A stretch of 64,000 nucleotides of DNA from Parcubacteria group bacterium GW2011_GWC1_36_108. GTDB lineage: Bacteria; Patescibacteriota; Minisyncoccia; Moranbacterales; GWC2-37-73. A program made the position numbers and the translations under genes. Below are positions 36,941 through 47,078 of this stretch, piece by piece. The notes under the pieces are model-generated. The model saw only the letters and a list, made by a program, of their open reading frames with translations. It did no database searches and was not told the origin of the DNA. How positions within the stretch are numbered: the stretch's first letter is position 1; each line of letters opens with the position of its first letter. Location of the stretch: NCBI GenBank assembly GCA_000991245.1, contig LBRD01000001.1, positions 5,467 through 69,466 of the forward strand, written 5' to 3'.

Positions 36941-38509
36941 TTACTTTTTATTTGCCTCATCAATAAATTCCTCTAGCACCTCCAAAACAAAAATGTACTC
37001 TTTTATTCTGCTTAATTTATTCTTATCATCCATATATTCAGACTCATACCCCAATAAAATCCCCCTATCCTGCTTGATATCTTCCTTTGAGGGAAACACG
37101 ACTGGAATCATTCTATGCATAAACTTTAGCATTTTTTTGTTTTCACTCAAACCATTTTTATATTGTGCCTCAGCTTTTGATTCGACAGAGTTTCCACCCC
37201 AGCTCATAGCAAAACGACCCATTCCTCCAAAAAACCTCTTCGTATTTATGAGTCCCTCGATTCTTCCATCCGAATCAGGGTAAAACAAAAATGAAAATAT
37301 ATTTGCCCAAGAGATGGGTTCCGTGTCGGAAAACAGATAATAAAAAACCTTGTTTAATTCTGAATCATAGGACAATCCATTGGCAGTTCCCAATTGGCTA
37401 TCCAAAAAACCATCTGCTATCCTTCTTTCAGACCAAAGAATAATTTCCCTCAATGCAACAATTGGTACTATTTTTTCAGATTCCAAATTATTAGAATTTA
37501 TTTTCCATTCCTCTGGATATGACTTCCAAAATGTAAGCTCGCTACTTATCCTATTCAGGTTTAAAAGCAAGATTGAAAGAAAGGAAGAAAAGAAATTTTC
37601 TACATATTCGATATCGTCTGAATGTTTATCCAGGTGTTTTTTCACCAACTGCAAATATCGTGAGTAGCTCCTGTCAAAAGATTGAACTTCCACATATTCC
37701 AGTATTGGATAAATATCGTAATCGAATGGAAATCCCTGCCTTCTTTCATCATGCAAAGTTTCAGCCTTGTAATACCACTCAAGTATTTTTTCAAAAGGAG
37801 ATTCTTTGCCCCAATACAGCAAAATATCCTTTTCACGATTCTGAATCTGATTAGTGAAAGTTCTCAGGAACTCATTGAAAAAAATATTGGGTTTGTCTAT
37901 TTTAATCAAAATATTCACATTTTTAGAAAAAATTTCAAAGAATTTCAATTCATTATGTTTGCTATTTTCTTTTGCTTTCCACACTGAATCCCATGCCAAA
38001 ATGTACTCATTGCTTTCCCTTATTTTATCCAAGAATCTAAACCTGTGATAGTAAGGATTTTTTATCCAAATGATAAAATCGAGTATTATTTTCACAAGTA
38101 TACCTAGCCCAACCAACCAAATTATAAGTAACAAATTTTTTACAAAAAAACCACTGCCTGCCCAAAAAAATGATGGCAAATAGGACAACAACACGGTTAT
38201 CAATATCAACTTAACATCAAATACGCTATTTATAATAACAATCAAATCCAATTCCGAATAATTAACTGCCGTGCCGTTTCTTTTGTCTCGAAAATAATCC
38301 GACAGTACAGCTATAGCCAAAGGAATCAGAATTGTAAAAAGAGCAACATTCACATTGTGAAAATAATTGCCCATATCACTTAAGGAATTAGCATTGTTGA
38401 AAATAAGATATGTAAAAATAGCCAAAAATATTCCTTCGGAAATAAAGAAAATGACCTCCTTTTGTAGGATTTTCGCCTCAAATAATAATGCCCTTATTTT
38501 GCCAATCAT
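36941..38509 (-). CDS. Hypothetical membrane protein (4 N-terminal TM, large helical domain)
   Basis: 522-aa ORF in AT-rich sequence. Confidence 0.7.
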   Translation of the reverse strand: MIGKIRALLFEAKILQKEVIFFISEGIFLAIFTYLIFNNANSLSDMGNYFHNVNVALFTILIPLAIAVLSDYFRDKRNGTAVNYSELDLIVIINSVFDVKLILITVLLSYLPSFFWAGSGFFVKNLLLIIWLVGLGILVKIILDFIIWIKNPYYHRFRFLDKIRESNEYILAWDSVWKAKENSKHNELKFFEIFSKNVNILIKIDKPNIFFNEFLRTFTNQIQNREKDILLYWGKESPFEKILEWYYKAETLHDERRQGFPFDYDIYPILEYVEVQSFDRSYSRYLQLVKKHLDKHSDDIEYVENFFSSFLSILLLNLNRISSELTFWKSYPEEWKINSNNLESEKIVPIVALREIILWSERRIADGFLDSQLGTANGLSYDSELNKVFYYLFSDTEPISWANIFSFLFYPDSDGRIEGLINTKRFFGGMGRFAMSWGGNSVESKAEAQYKNGLSENKKMLKFMHRMIPVVFPSKEDIKQDRGILLGYESEYMDDKNKLSRIKEYIFVLEVLEEFIDEANKK

Positions 38510-38541
38510 ATTTTAATAAATAAAAAAAACCGCTATGGAGA

Positions 38542-38643
38542 TTAGCAAAAACCCGGTTGAGGACGGTCCACTATTAACTTGTATTTCCTGCCTTTATCCG
38601 CGGAGGTCATTGCTCGTCCTGAATTTAAAACGTATTTTGTCAT
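38542..38643 (-). pseudogene. Truncated gene start, possibly peptidase S51-like
   Basis: MTKYVLNSGRAMTSADKGRKY... begins 4 nt after the SDR stop and ends after 33 codons. Confidence 0.3.
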
Positions 38644-38647
38644 AATT

Positions 38648-39382
38648 TTATTTTAAGCTTCCATCTATAAAAATATTTTGCCCGTTCATATCCAAAGATT
38701 CATCAGAAGCTAGAAATAAAACTTTTTCAGCAACTTCTCTTGGTTCAACCAGCTTTCCAGATGGAATATTAGCCAGATTTTTTTCCAACTCTTCTTTTGG
38801 CGCTCGCAGCCAATAACCAGTATTAACTGCGCCAGGAGAAACTGTATTAGCCCTTCCAAGTGGTGCAAGTAATTTTGCATATGCCTGAGTTATGTTCGCC
38901 ACTCCAGCTTTTGCTGCTGCATAAGCCAATGCATCATATTGTCCATCCGTAGAATATCGCGAAGAGATACTTACAATTACTCCTGATTTTTGCTGCTGAA
39001 AAATTTCAATTGCATATTTTGAGACACTCATCACAGAAACAAGATTTTGCAAAAGACTCTTAATCCAAATTTCACAATCTCCATTCCATTCATCGCCATC
39101 AATATATCTGCCAGCATTATTTACTAGTATGTCAATTTTTCCAAATTCCTGCATTGTCTGTTCTATAACATTTTTAGCAGCTGAATCAATTGTTAAATCT
39201 GCCTGAATGATTAGAGGTTTAACCCCAAGGGAATTAATTTTTGCTGCAATTTCATCTGCACCAGCTTTATTTTCCTTATAAGTAATAACCACGTTTGCTC
39301 CCTCCCTCGCAAAAGCCAAAGCTGTTTCAGCTCCAATTCCACTTGATGCCCCAGTCACAATAACCACCTTATCTTTAAACAT
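38648..39382 (-). CDS. Short-chain dehydrogenase/reductase
   Basis: TGASSGIG, LVNNAG, YAAAK motifs. Confidence 0.93.
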   Translation of the reverse strand: MFKDKVVIVTGASSGIGAETALAFAREGANVVITYKENKAGADEIAAKINSLGVKPLIIQADLTIDSAAKNVIEQTMQEFGKIDILVNNAGRYIDGDEWNGDCEIWIKSLLQNLVSVMSVSKYAIEIFQQQKSGVIVSISSRYSTDGQYDALAYAAAKAGVANITQAYAKLLAPLGRANTVSPGAVNTGYWLRAPKEELEKNLANIPSGKLVEPREVAEKVLFLASDESLDMNGQNIFIDGSLK

Positions 39383-39408
39383 ATTTTTTAATCACTTATA
39401 TTCAAAAA

Positions 39409-40065
39409 TTAATTGAATTTTTTCCACACACCCTCTGAAACAATTTCCATCTTACCATCAACGATTTTGATTGCAGTCTGATCATCAATAGCATAAAAAG
39501 TGTCTGGAAATTCTTGTGACATCTTTTCCATATTTTCCAAATTCAATTTTGGAAAATATGGAGAATTAAGATGTGGACGAATTAGAAAATCAACGTAGCC
39601 AAGTCCTTCATCTTTTGCACCCTCATCAACCTTTTCGTCATACAATCTTTCTGATGTGCTCAAATCCAAATTTTTACAAACAACCATACTGCCAGCACTT
39701 ACCCCAATATATACTTTGGTTTTTAGCATTTTAGGCAAGAGATCTTTCAATCCTGATTTTTCAATCCAATGCATCAAATGAAAAGTATTTCCTCCTTCAA
39801 AATAAAAAATATCAGTTTCTTCCAATCTTGGAAGCCACACATCTTTTGGTAAGGCAGAGATATCAATAATATCAACCTGCTTAAAACCAAGATTCTTGAG
39901 ATTTATAAGGTCATCGATTACCCAGAACTTGTCGCCCTTTTCAACGTTGGAAGCCGTTGGAATAAAAGCAATATTAAGTTCAGAAAATGGCCTCTCGGTT
40001 AATTCTAGAAGTGAGTTACCAATAGATTTGTTCGATAAACCTGCGGATGTTAGCAATAATTTCAT
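39409..40065 (-). CDS. Peptidase E (S51 family)
   Basis: MKLLLTSAG, FIPTA, GGNTF, GVSAG, PH motifs. Confidence 0.9.
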   Translation of the reverse strand: MKLLLTSAGLSNKSIGNSLLELTERPFSELNIAFIPTASNVEKGDKFWVIDDLINLKNLGFKQVDIIDISALPKDVWLPRLEETDIFYFEGGNTFHLMHWIEKSGLKDLLPKMLKTKVYIGVSAGSMVVCKNLDLSTSERLYDEKVDEGAKDEGLGYVDFLIRPHLNSPYFPKLNLENMEKMSQEFPDTFYAIDDQTAIKIVDGKMEIVSEGVWKKFN

Positions 40066-40187
40066 AGGTATTAATTAAGACTTTTTATTATCTTCATCCT
40101 ACCACCGACCCCGATTTTTCTCAAGCCAAGCTGATATAGTAAGAGGTGGGTATTCGAATACCCACCCAGATAATTAAATTAAAAAAA

Positions 40188-40219
40188 ACCACTACCATAT
40201 GAAGTAGTATGGTAGTGGT
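40188..40219 (-). terminator. Intrinsic terminator after ABC copy B
   Basis: accactaccata...tatggtagtggt with a T-run on the minus strand. Confidence 0.7.
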
Positions 40220-40258
40220 CGCATATTACAATATACTGAAATATTGTAATACAAATAA

Positions 40259-42028
40259 TCATCCTTCAGCAATTCCCTTGCTTTGAGCTTGCCACAAACT
40301 GTAGTAAACGCCTTTTTTGGATAAGAGTTCTTGGTGATTTCCCTGTTCGGCTATTTTTCCTTTTTCCAAGACAACAATCTTGTCAAAATCAACAATCGTT
40401 GAAAGCCTGTGCGCGATAACGATGGTGGTAATGTTTCCCTTGGAAAGCTTTTCTATTTCTTCTTGTATTATTTTTTCTGATTTCGTATCAAGTGAAGCTG
40501 TAGCCTCATCAAAAATCAAAATTTCAGGATTTTTAATGAGCATTCTCGCAATAGCAACTCGCTGTTTTTCGCCGCCTGATAATTTCACTCCACGTTCACC
40601 AACAATAGTTTCGAAACCATCAGGTAAATCATTAGTAATAAAATCAAAAATATTTGCCATTTTAGCTACTTTCTCAACATCGTCCTTTGTTGCATCAGGT
40701 TTTCCATAAGCAATATTATTAAAAATTGTATCATTAAACAATGTTGTATCTTGAGCAACAATTCCAATATGACTGCGCAAATTTTGCAATTTTATTTCTC
40801 TAATATCTATGCCATTGATTGTGATTTTTCCGCTACTAACGTCATACAACCTTAATAATAATTTTGGCACGGTTGATTTTCCACTGCCAGAATATCCAAC
40901 CAGCGCAACCCTTTTTTTAAATGGCACAGCCAGCGAAATATCACTAAGCACTTCCCTCTCTTGGGCATAACCAAAGTTTACATTTTCAAATTTTATTTCT
41001 CCCGCCCAATCTTGCAATTCTATTGCATCAGATTTATCCTGAATTATATTTTTTTCCTTGAGCAATTTCAACATTTCATCAACATTAGCAAGCCCTTCTT
41101 TGATTGCTCTATAAGTAAAGCCCAAGAATCCCAACGGCACCGCAATATTGGCTAAATATGTTGTGACCAAAACAAAATCACCAATTGTTGCATCTCCGTT
41201 TATAAAATGTTCCACAGCCAAAATCAAGATGGCAGCAAGACCTGCTGTAATAATAAACCCTTGTCCCATGTTCAAATTAGCACCAGAGCGTATTGATTTA
41301 ATAAACATTCCAGACCATTTTTCTAATTGTGAGTCATATTTTTGATACTCATATTTCTCATTGGTAAAATATTTTACTGTATCATAATTTAAAAGTGCGT
41401 CAATGGATTGACCAGTTGCTTGATCATCCAACTTATTAGTTTCCAAAAGCAAAGCCTGTCTTTTTTCCGTAACATAGATTGTAAAAGCAACGTAAATGAT
41501 TACAAAAAGTAAAAATGCCAACACAAAGGATAATGGAAAAAGAACAATAAAAACCACACCCACGAAAATGATCTGGATGATGGTTGGAATAACACTGAAA
41601 GACAGGAACATAAAAATCGTTTCCAACGCGGTTGTTCCTCGTGTGATTTTACGAGATACTCTTCCTGTTGAGCGATCAGCGTGAAAAGCTGATGGCAAAT
41701 CCAAAAGATGTTCAAAAACTTTAAGTGAAATTGATCGACGAATATTGGCCTGAACTTTGGCAAAAGCATAATCCTTCATTCCATCCAAAACATTGCCTCC
41801 CCATTGCAAAGCAAAGAACATAATCAACAAATATATGATCGTTGCGATTGAGGCTGAGGTACCCTGAATTACCAGCAAATCAATCAATTTTTTCATTACA
41901 TATGGTCCTGCCACCAATAAGACCTTGGAGCCAACCACTAATAGAATACTAAAAAATATCCGACCCCTGAAAACTTTCAAATATGGCACCAGCCCCATAA
42001 TATTTATTTTTTGATCATTTTTTCCCAT
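40259..42028 (-). CDS. ABC half-transporter, ATM1/HMT1-like, copy B
   Basis: Same length (589 aa) and motifs as copy A. Confidence 0.93.
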   Translation of the reverse strand: MGKNDQKINIMGLVPYLKVFRGRIFFSILLVVGSKVLLVAGPYVMKKLIDLLVIQGTSASIATIIYLLIMFFALQWGGNVLDGMKDYAFAKVQANIRRSISLKVFEHLLDLPSAFHADRSTGRVSRKITRGTTALETIFMFLSFSVIPTIIQIIFVGVVFIVLFPLSFVLAFLLFVIIYVAFTIYVTEKRQALLLETNKLDDQATGQSIDALLNYDTVKYFTNEKYEYQKYDSQLEKWSGMFIKSIRSGANLNMGQGFIITAGLAAILILAVEHFINGDATIGDFVLVTTYLANIAVPLGFLGFTYRAIKEGLANVDEMLKLLKEKNIIQDKSDAIELQDWAGEIKFENVNFGYAQEREVLSDISLAVPFKKRVALVGYSGSGKSTVPKLLLRLYDVSSGKITINGIDIREIKLQNLRSHIGIVAQDTTLFNDTIFNNIAYGKPDATKDDVEKVAKMANIFDFITNDLPDGFETIVGERGVKLSGGEKQRVAIARMLIKNPEILIFDEATASLDTKSEKIIQEEIEKLSKGNITTIVIAHRLSTIVDFDKIVVLEKGKIAEQGNHQELLSKKGVYYSLWQAQSKGIAEG

Positions 42029-42167
42029 AAATCATTCCGCTCTTTACTAATACAATATTAATACAATCGATATGCCATTTTATCAACATAATTAAATTGC
42101 ACCCTCTTTTTAAGAAGATCTTTTGAGACTTATAGATTCTCATTAATAATAAAAAATAAAAAAATAA

Positions 42168-42791
42168 CTATTTTTTTATTTTTTTAATAAGATTGTTTAA
42201 TTCGGTTGAAGCTTTGATGAGATAATTTGTCAAAATTTTCTGCATCGCATTTTTTATATAAAGTCTTTGATGTTTATCACTTTTTATTCCAAGTGTATCT
42301 TTATAAATAATATCGTGTTCAATTTCAGCCCAAGCATGATGCAAGATCGATGTTAATTGTATTTCACACTTAAGATCCTTAAATTTACTATACTCGCTTA
42401 AACTAATTCTTTTTTCGCCAAAACTTGCAACCACATGTGTTGATTCATAACCTGATATTTTCTTGTGATGAGTAACACTAACCTCATTAGTCAATTCTGT
42501 TAATAATTTTTTTTCAAACTTATTTTTATCAGCTTCAATATAAAACAGAATACGCAGTCCAGCTAAATCTTCCAAATCTTCCAACTTTTCATATCGAATA
42601 CCCTCCGCCTCTTTTCTCAATATTTTTTCCTCGAGCTTATCAAGTTCTTTAATTCTGTAAAATATTTGATACTTACATCCTTCGGTTATAAGCATACTAT
42701 CAAGTAATTTATACATTGCTAGACAGAACTCTTCATAAAGAGCCCTTTTTTCTCTAAAATCATTCAGTATCGTTTCTAGATTACTTTCCAT
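42168..42791 (-). CDS. Small alarmone synthetase-like RelA/SpoT-domain protein
   Basis: RIKE...EK, DLAGLRI, GYESTH, EIQL...HAWAEIEHDIIYK motifs. Confidence 0.88.
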   Translation of the reverse strand: MESNLETILNDFREKRALYEEFCLAMYKLLDSMLITEGCKYQIFYRIKELDKLEEKILRKEAEGIRYEKLEDLEDLAGLRILFYIEADKNKFEKKLLTELTNEVSVTHHKKISGYESTHVVASFGEKRISLSEYSKFKDLKCEIQLTSILHHAWAEIEHDIIYKDTLGIKSDKHQRLYIKNAMQKILTNYLIKASTELNNLIKKIKK

Positions 42792-42913
42792 AGTCTGAGG
42801 AGTATAACACGGAATCATACTTTAAACTAATAATCAAAAAAATATTAGTTTTGAAATATAAAACTCTCATTGGAGTATTAATAAATACTACAACTAATTG
42901 AACTATACGAACT

Positions 42914-43081
42914 ATGACAAAAAAAGAAAAACAACGTGTAACCCTATTTCTCAATCCCAGCCTATTAAAGCAAGCCAAGGCGCAAGCCATTGTTGAAGAT
43001 TTAAATTTAACCAATTTTGTAGAAAAAGCCTTAATAAAATATTTACCCAAGAAAACCATCATAAGAAAAGCGGATATATAA
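42914..43081 (+). CDS. Ribbon-helix-helix (CopG-like) small protein (55 aa, not in ORF track)
   Basis: Manual translation MTKKEKQRVTLFLNPSLLKQAKAQAIVEDLNLTNFVEKALIKYLPKK... Confidence 0.75.
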   Translation: MTKKEKQRVTLFLNPSLLKQAKAQAIVEDLNLTNFVEKALIKYLPKKTIIRKADI

Positions 43082-43146
43082 ATTTTAATAATTTAAAATG
43101 GCCTAGAAAGATTACGTTTTTAATTTAATAACTAACACTAAATCAT

Positions 43147-43503
43147 ATGGATTCCTCAACTTCATCCAGCACAAAACCTCTCTACCGTGGCACGCAAATT
43201 GTTTGGTACCTATTGAGTCTACTGGAAGTATTACTTGCCTTTCGTTTTGTTCTGAAATTATTAGGAGCTAACCCAGAAGCCGGATTCACAAGTTTTGTAT
43301 ACGGCGCAACCTATATATTCACAGCTCCATTTTTGACAGTATTTCGAATGACAAAAGTTGCAGGCAGCGTTTTTGAGTGGACAACACTTCTAGCTATGCT
43401 TGTTTATTGGGTTGTTGCTCTTGGTATCATTAGGATATTCCTAATAGGAAAAACTGTATCCACACCGGAAGCTGCAGAAAAATTAAACGCACAAGATAGA
43501 TAA
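43147..43503 (+). CDS. YggT-like membrane protein
   Basis: LAFRFVLKLLGANP..GF..FVY..T..F.APF pattern. Confidence 0.75.
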   Translation: MDSSTSSSTKPLYRGTQIVWYLLSLLEVLLAFRFVLKLLGANPEAGFTSFVYGATYIFTAPFLTVFRMTKVAGSVFEWTTLLAMLVYWVVALGIIRIFLIGKTVSTPEAAEKLNAQDR

Positions 43504-43518
43504 ATTATATAACAACAT

Positions 43519-43556
43519 CCCAGTTAAATAGTGTGGATTACCACAATTTAACGGGG
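43519..43556. repeat. CCCCGTTAAAT palindromic repeat, copy 5
   Basis: cccagttaaat-agtgtggattaccaca-atttaacgggg. Confidence 0.8.
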
Positions 43557-43566
43557 CAAGAAAAAT

Positions 43567-43806
43567 ATGAGTATTCTTATTTGGATCATCTTTGGAGCAA
43601 TCGTAGGCATAATTGCATCAGCAATTATGGGGACTAATGAGAGGCTACTTATGGATATCATCCTCGGTATCGTGGGAGCAGTCCTAGGCGGATGGTTGAT
43701 GAGCTTCTTTGGTGAAAGTGGAGTTTCCGGCTTTAACCTCTACAGTTTCTTTGTTGCTATCTTCGGAGCTGTCGTGCTAATTGCAATCGTAAGAGCACTA
43801 AAATAA
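43567..43806 (+). CDS. GlsB/YeaQ/YmgE transglycosylase-associated membrane protein
   Basis: WIIFGAIVGIIA...DIILGIVGAVLGG...AIFGAVVL. Confidence 0.9.
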   Translation: MSILIWIIFGAIVGIIASAIMGTNERLLMDIILGIVGAVLGGWLMSFFGESGVSGFNLYSFFVAIFGAVVLIAIVRALK

Positions 43807-43818
43807 GGACAACACCGA

Positions 43819-43860
43819 TAAAAAAAGAATTACGTATTTAGTTACGTAATTCTTTTTTAT
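43819..43860. terminator. Bidirectional terminator built on a tandem ACGT palindrome
   Basis: aaaaaagaattacgta-tttag-ttacgtaattctttttt between convergent genes. Confidence 0.65.
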
Positions 43861-43925
43861 ATAAAGAACGGTAAAAATAAACTAAGCTCCAAGCATTTCC
43901 GCATAATCTCAAATAACGACTTGGA

Positions 43926-44321
43926 TTACTTATTTAAATAAGTAATTGTTAATTGCAAAACAGTTGCGAATGAAACCCATAGTAAATATGGAATCTGCAT
44001 GTACGCAATCCAGCGTGAATATGGATATATTGCAACAATAGCCCAGATAAGCGTTGCTAAAATAAAAATTATATCTATTGATGCTAATAAATTATTCCTA
44101 AGTCCAAATTGCAAAGGAGTGAAGGCGAGATTGAAAACAATATTAAGTAAAAATGGTAATGCCACCATAAAGGCAATTTCTTTTTTCCAAGTCATCAAAA
44201 AAACTTTTCCGAATGAAATAGCAATCAGAATATATAGAAAAGTCCAAACTGGTCCAAAAAGAAAAGCGGGTGGAGCCCAAAACGGTTTTATTAATTGCGA
44301 GTACCAACTATATGTATCCAT
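43926..44321 (-). CDS. tspO: TspO/MBR tryptophan-rich sensory protein
   Basis: WY..L.KP.WAPP..LFGPVWT.LY...PYLLWVSFA. Confidence 0.92.
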   Translation of the reverse strand: MDTYSWYSQLIKPFWAPPAFLFGPVWTFLYILIAISFGKVFLMTWKKEIAFMVALPFLLNIVFNLAFTPLQFGLRNNLLASIDIIFILATLIWAIVAIYPYSRWIAYMQIPYLLWVSFATVLQLTITYLNK

Positions 44322-44389
44322 ACAAAATATTGCTTTTAATTGTTAAAAATATTTCCAAACCTATCTACTATGCTATCAAATTTAGTTGA

Positions 44390-47065
44390 TTATTTAGATA
44401 TCATTCTTCCATAAACAATTTTTCTTAATTCCTCCACTATTATTATGGAGGATGCGATCAAGGCAATCAGCAGCCACTCCTTTCCTGACAATGGCACAGT
44501 GCGCAATATTTTTTGAAAAAATGGATTATAAACTGCCAATAGTTGCAATGAAACAACAATCCCAGTAGCACTGACCAAAAATTTATTGGAGAATGGATTC
44601 ATCACAAAAATTGATTTTTCTTTTGAACGACAGTTCCACACATTAAACCATTGAAAAACTGCCATGGTGGTTAGAGATATTGTCCAAGCTTTTGCGATAT
44701 CAGTCTGATAATATTGACTGAAAAGATATATTGTTCCAATAGCCATCGGCAGCGCCATAAAAAACATTCTTTGCATCATCAATTTATCTATAATGAAAGT
44801 CTTTTTATATAATCTATTATTGTCGTCTTCTTTGGGCTCCATAGCCAAAGCCATATCCAAGAATCCGTCCGTCACAAGATTAAGCCACAAGATTTGAGCT
44901 GCCAAAATCGGCAGAGGGAAACCAAGAAACAGCGCACCCAATATAACAAGGACTTCACCTAAACTGGTGGAAAAAAGATACAACACCACTTTTTTAATGG
45001 TATTAAAAATGTTTCTACCTTCTTCAACTCCATGCGTTATGTTGGCAAAATTGTCATCAAGTAAAATTAAATCTGAAGCTTCCTTAGCAACCTCTGTCCC
45101 TATTTTCCCCATACCAATACCAATGTCCGATGCTGTAAGAGAGAGCGCGTCATTAACTCCATCACCAGTCATTGCAATCACCATCCCGTTTGATTGATAA
45201 GCTTTAATTATTCTAAGTTTTTGATCCGGTGTGATTCTAGCAAAAACACTGACGTTACTAATTTTTGATGCCAACTCATTATCAGTCAGATTTCTAATTT
45301 CCTCGCCACTCAAAACTTCATCCTTGACTTTAAATATTCCAGCCTCCTTAGCAATCGATCTTGCCGCTGATTCATGATCTCCCGTTATCATAACAACCTT
45401 GATTCCAGACATTGCCACTTGCCTGACTGCACTTTTCACTTCACTGCGCAGCGCATCCTTGATTGCAAAAAATCCTCCAAAAACAAGCTTAGGGATTTTT
45501 TCTTTGTCCAAAGAATGCAGCTTTGTTTCAAGATAAGCAAAGCCGATAACTCGAAGACCATCTTCAAACATTGATTGCATCATTGCTTGAATCTCGTGCT
45601 TTCTCTTGACTGTTATTTTTTTAAATCCATTAACATCACTTTCTTTTTCAGATAACTCAAGGACAACTTCCGGCGAGCCGGTAATTATGAGCAGATTGTT
45701 TTTATCTTGTTTATGGAGAGTAGCATGAAATTTAAGTTCGTAATCAAAAGGTATTTCATCTATAAGAATTTCCTCTGAAATCAAATCGTCACGATGAAAT
45801 CCAATTTTTTTCGAAAATACTGTTACAGCTCCTTCAGTGGGATCGCCCGCTATTTTCCAAAGTTTTTTCTTTTTCTCAAAAATCAAATTAGCGCTACTAT
45901 TCAGTGCCGCCAATTTACCAGCCATCAAAAGCTCAAGATGATTAAGTGGGTCAATCGTTTTTCCATTTAGTGTGATTCCGCCTGTTGGAGCATAACCATT
46001 ACACTGAACTTTAAATAGATTTTGTCCAATATACACGCTTTCAACCACTAACTCATTCTTAGTTACTGTTCCAGTCTTATCAACAGCCAGAATTTTTGTT
46101 TCGCCCAAAACTTCCACTGCCTGAAGTTTCTTTATGAGAACATTTTTCTTACCCATTCGCCAGACACCGCTTGCCAAAACAAGAGTTATCACGATAGGCA
46201 ATCCCTCTGGAATGATTGAGACTGAAACTGCAACCATAGTTTTGAAAATATCTTTCAAGACTAAACCATTAAACAACCCTAGTAAAAAAAGAAGAACTGA
46301 AACAATAACAACAAAAACAATAACAAAATTTGAAAGTTTTCGAATATCACCCTTAAGTGGAAATTCCCCATCAACACCCAATGTTTCTTCAGCAATATTT
46401 CCAAGAAAGGTATTTATTCCAGTTGCAACCACAACAGCTTTTCCATTACCAGAAACAACAACCGTTCCCTTGTATACCATATTAGTTTGATTCATAACCG
46501 AATTCACTGTTTTTTTGCAGGTAGCTATCGTCTTGAATTTAGGAACTGATTCTCCCGTCAGGGCAGACTCATTCACCTTGAGTGAGTTCGCGTTTATCAA
46601 TCTGGCATCAGCAGGAACTTTTTCTCCCTCACGAAGAATAATAATATCGCCAGACACAAGTTCTCTGTCGGAAATGATCACTTCCTCGTTATCGCGCAAA
46701 ACCATCGCACGACCCTTGATAAATTTCTTGAGTGCCAAAAAAGTATTTTGGGCCTTACCCTCTTGAATGGTTCCAATGATTGCATTAAATAGAAGCACGA
46801 AGAAAATGACTAGTGAGTCCATTGTTTCACCCATTGCAAACACAATCACTCCAGCAGTGAGGAGAATATAGATAAGTGGACTTTTAAATTGACTCAAAAA
46901 AATAGTTGCGTAGCTATCCCTTTTGGCCTCGGGTAGTTCATTGTATCCGCTTTCCAGTATCCTCTTTTTTGCATCAGCTGAAGAAAGTCCATATTGACTG
47001 GAACTAAATTCATTAATGACAGCATCAGGCTCTTGAAAATAATATTGCTCAACTTTTTTATTCAT
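44390..47065 (-). CDS. P-type ATPase (type II, Ca2+-like)
   Basis: TGES, IPEGLP, DKTGT, TGD, GDGVND, LVTDG motifs. Confidence 0.95.
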   Translation of the reverse strand: MNKKVEQYYFQEPDAVINEFSSSQYGLSSADAKKRILESGYNELPEAKRDSYATIFLSQFKSPLIYILLTAGVIVFAMGETMDSLVIFFVLLFNAIIGTIQEGKAQNTFLALKKFIKGRAMVLRDNEEVIISDRELVSGDIIILREGEKVPADARLINANSLKVNESALTGESVPKFKTIATCKKTVNSVMNQTNMVYKGTVVVSGNGKAVVVATGINTFLGNIAEETLGVDGEFPLKGDIRKLSNFVIVFVVIVSVLLFLLGLFNGLVLKDIFKTMVAVSVSIIPEGLPIVITLVLASGVWRMGKKNVLIKKLQAVEVLGETKILAVDKTGTVTKNELVVESVYIGQNLFKVQCNGYAPTGGITLNGKTIDPLNHLELLMAGKLAALNSSANLIFEKKKKLWKIAGDPTEGAVTVFSKKIGFHRDDLISEEILIDEIPFDYELKFHATLHKQDKNNLLIITGSPEVVLELSEKESDVNGFKKITVKRKHEIQAMMQSMFEDGLRVIGFAYLETKLHSLDKEKIPKLVFGGFFAIKDALRSEVKSAVRQVAMSGIKVVMITGDHESAARSIAKEAGIFKVKDEVLSGEEIRNLTDNELASKISNVSVFARITPDQKLRIIKAYQSNGMVIAMTGDGVNDALSLTASDIGIGMGKIGTEVAKEASDLILLDDNFANITHGVEEGRNIFNTIKKVVLYLFSTSLGEVLVILGALFLGFPLPILAAQILWLNLVTDGFLDMALAMEPKEDDNNRLYKKTFIIDKLMMQRMFFMALPMAIGTIYLFSQYYQTDIAKAWTISLTTMAVFQWFNVWNCRSKEKSIFVMNPFSNKFLVSATGIVVSLQLLAVYNPFFQKILRTVPLSGKEWLLIALIASSIIIVEELRKIVYGRMISK

Positions 47066-47078
47066 TGTCTTTGTATTT

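Noticed and set aside
40146-40167. Perfect palindrome ggtgggtattcgaatacccacc as a tRNA fragment or att site
   Set aside because: Single copy with no match to the tRNAs in the window; cannot be assigned beyond being a hairpin.
32726-42028. Diversity-generating retroelement template/variable repeat pair
   Set aside because: Differences span whole genes, are not adenine-specific, and no reverse transcriptase is present.
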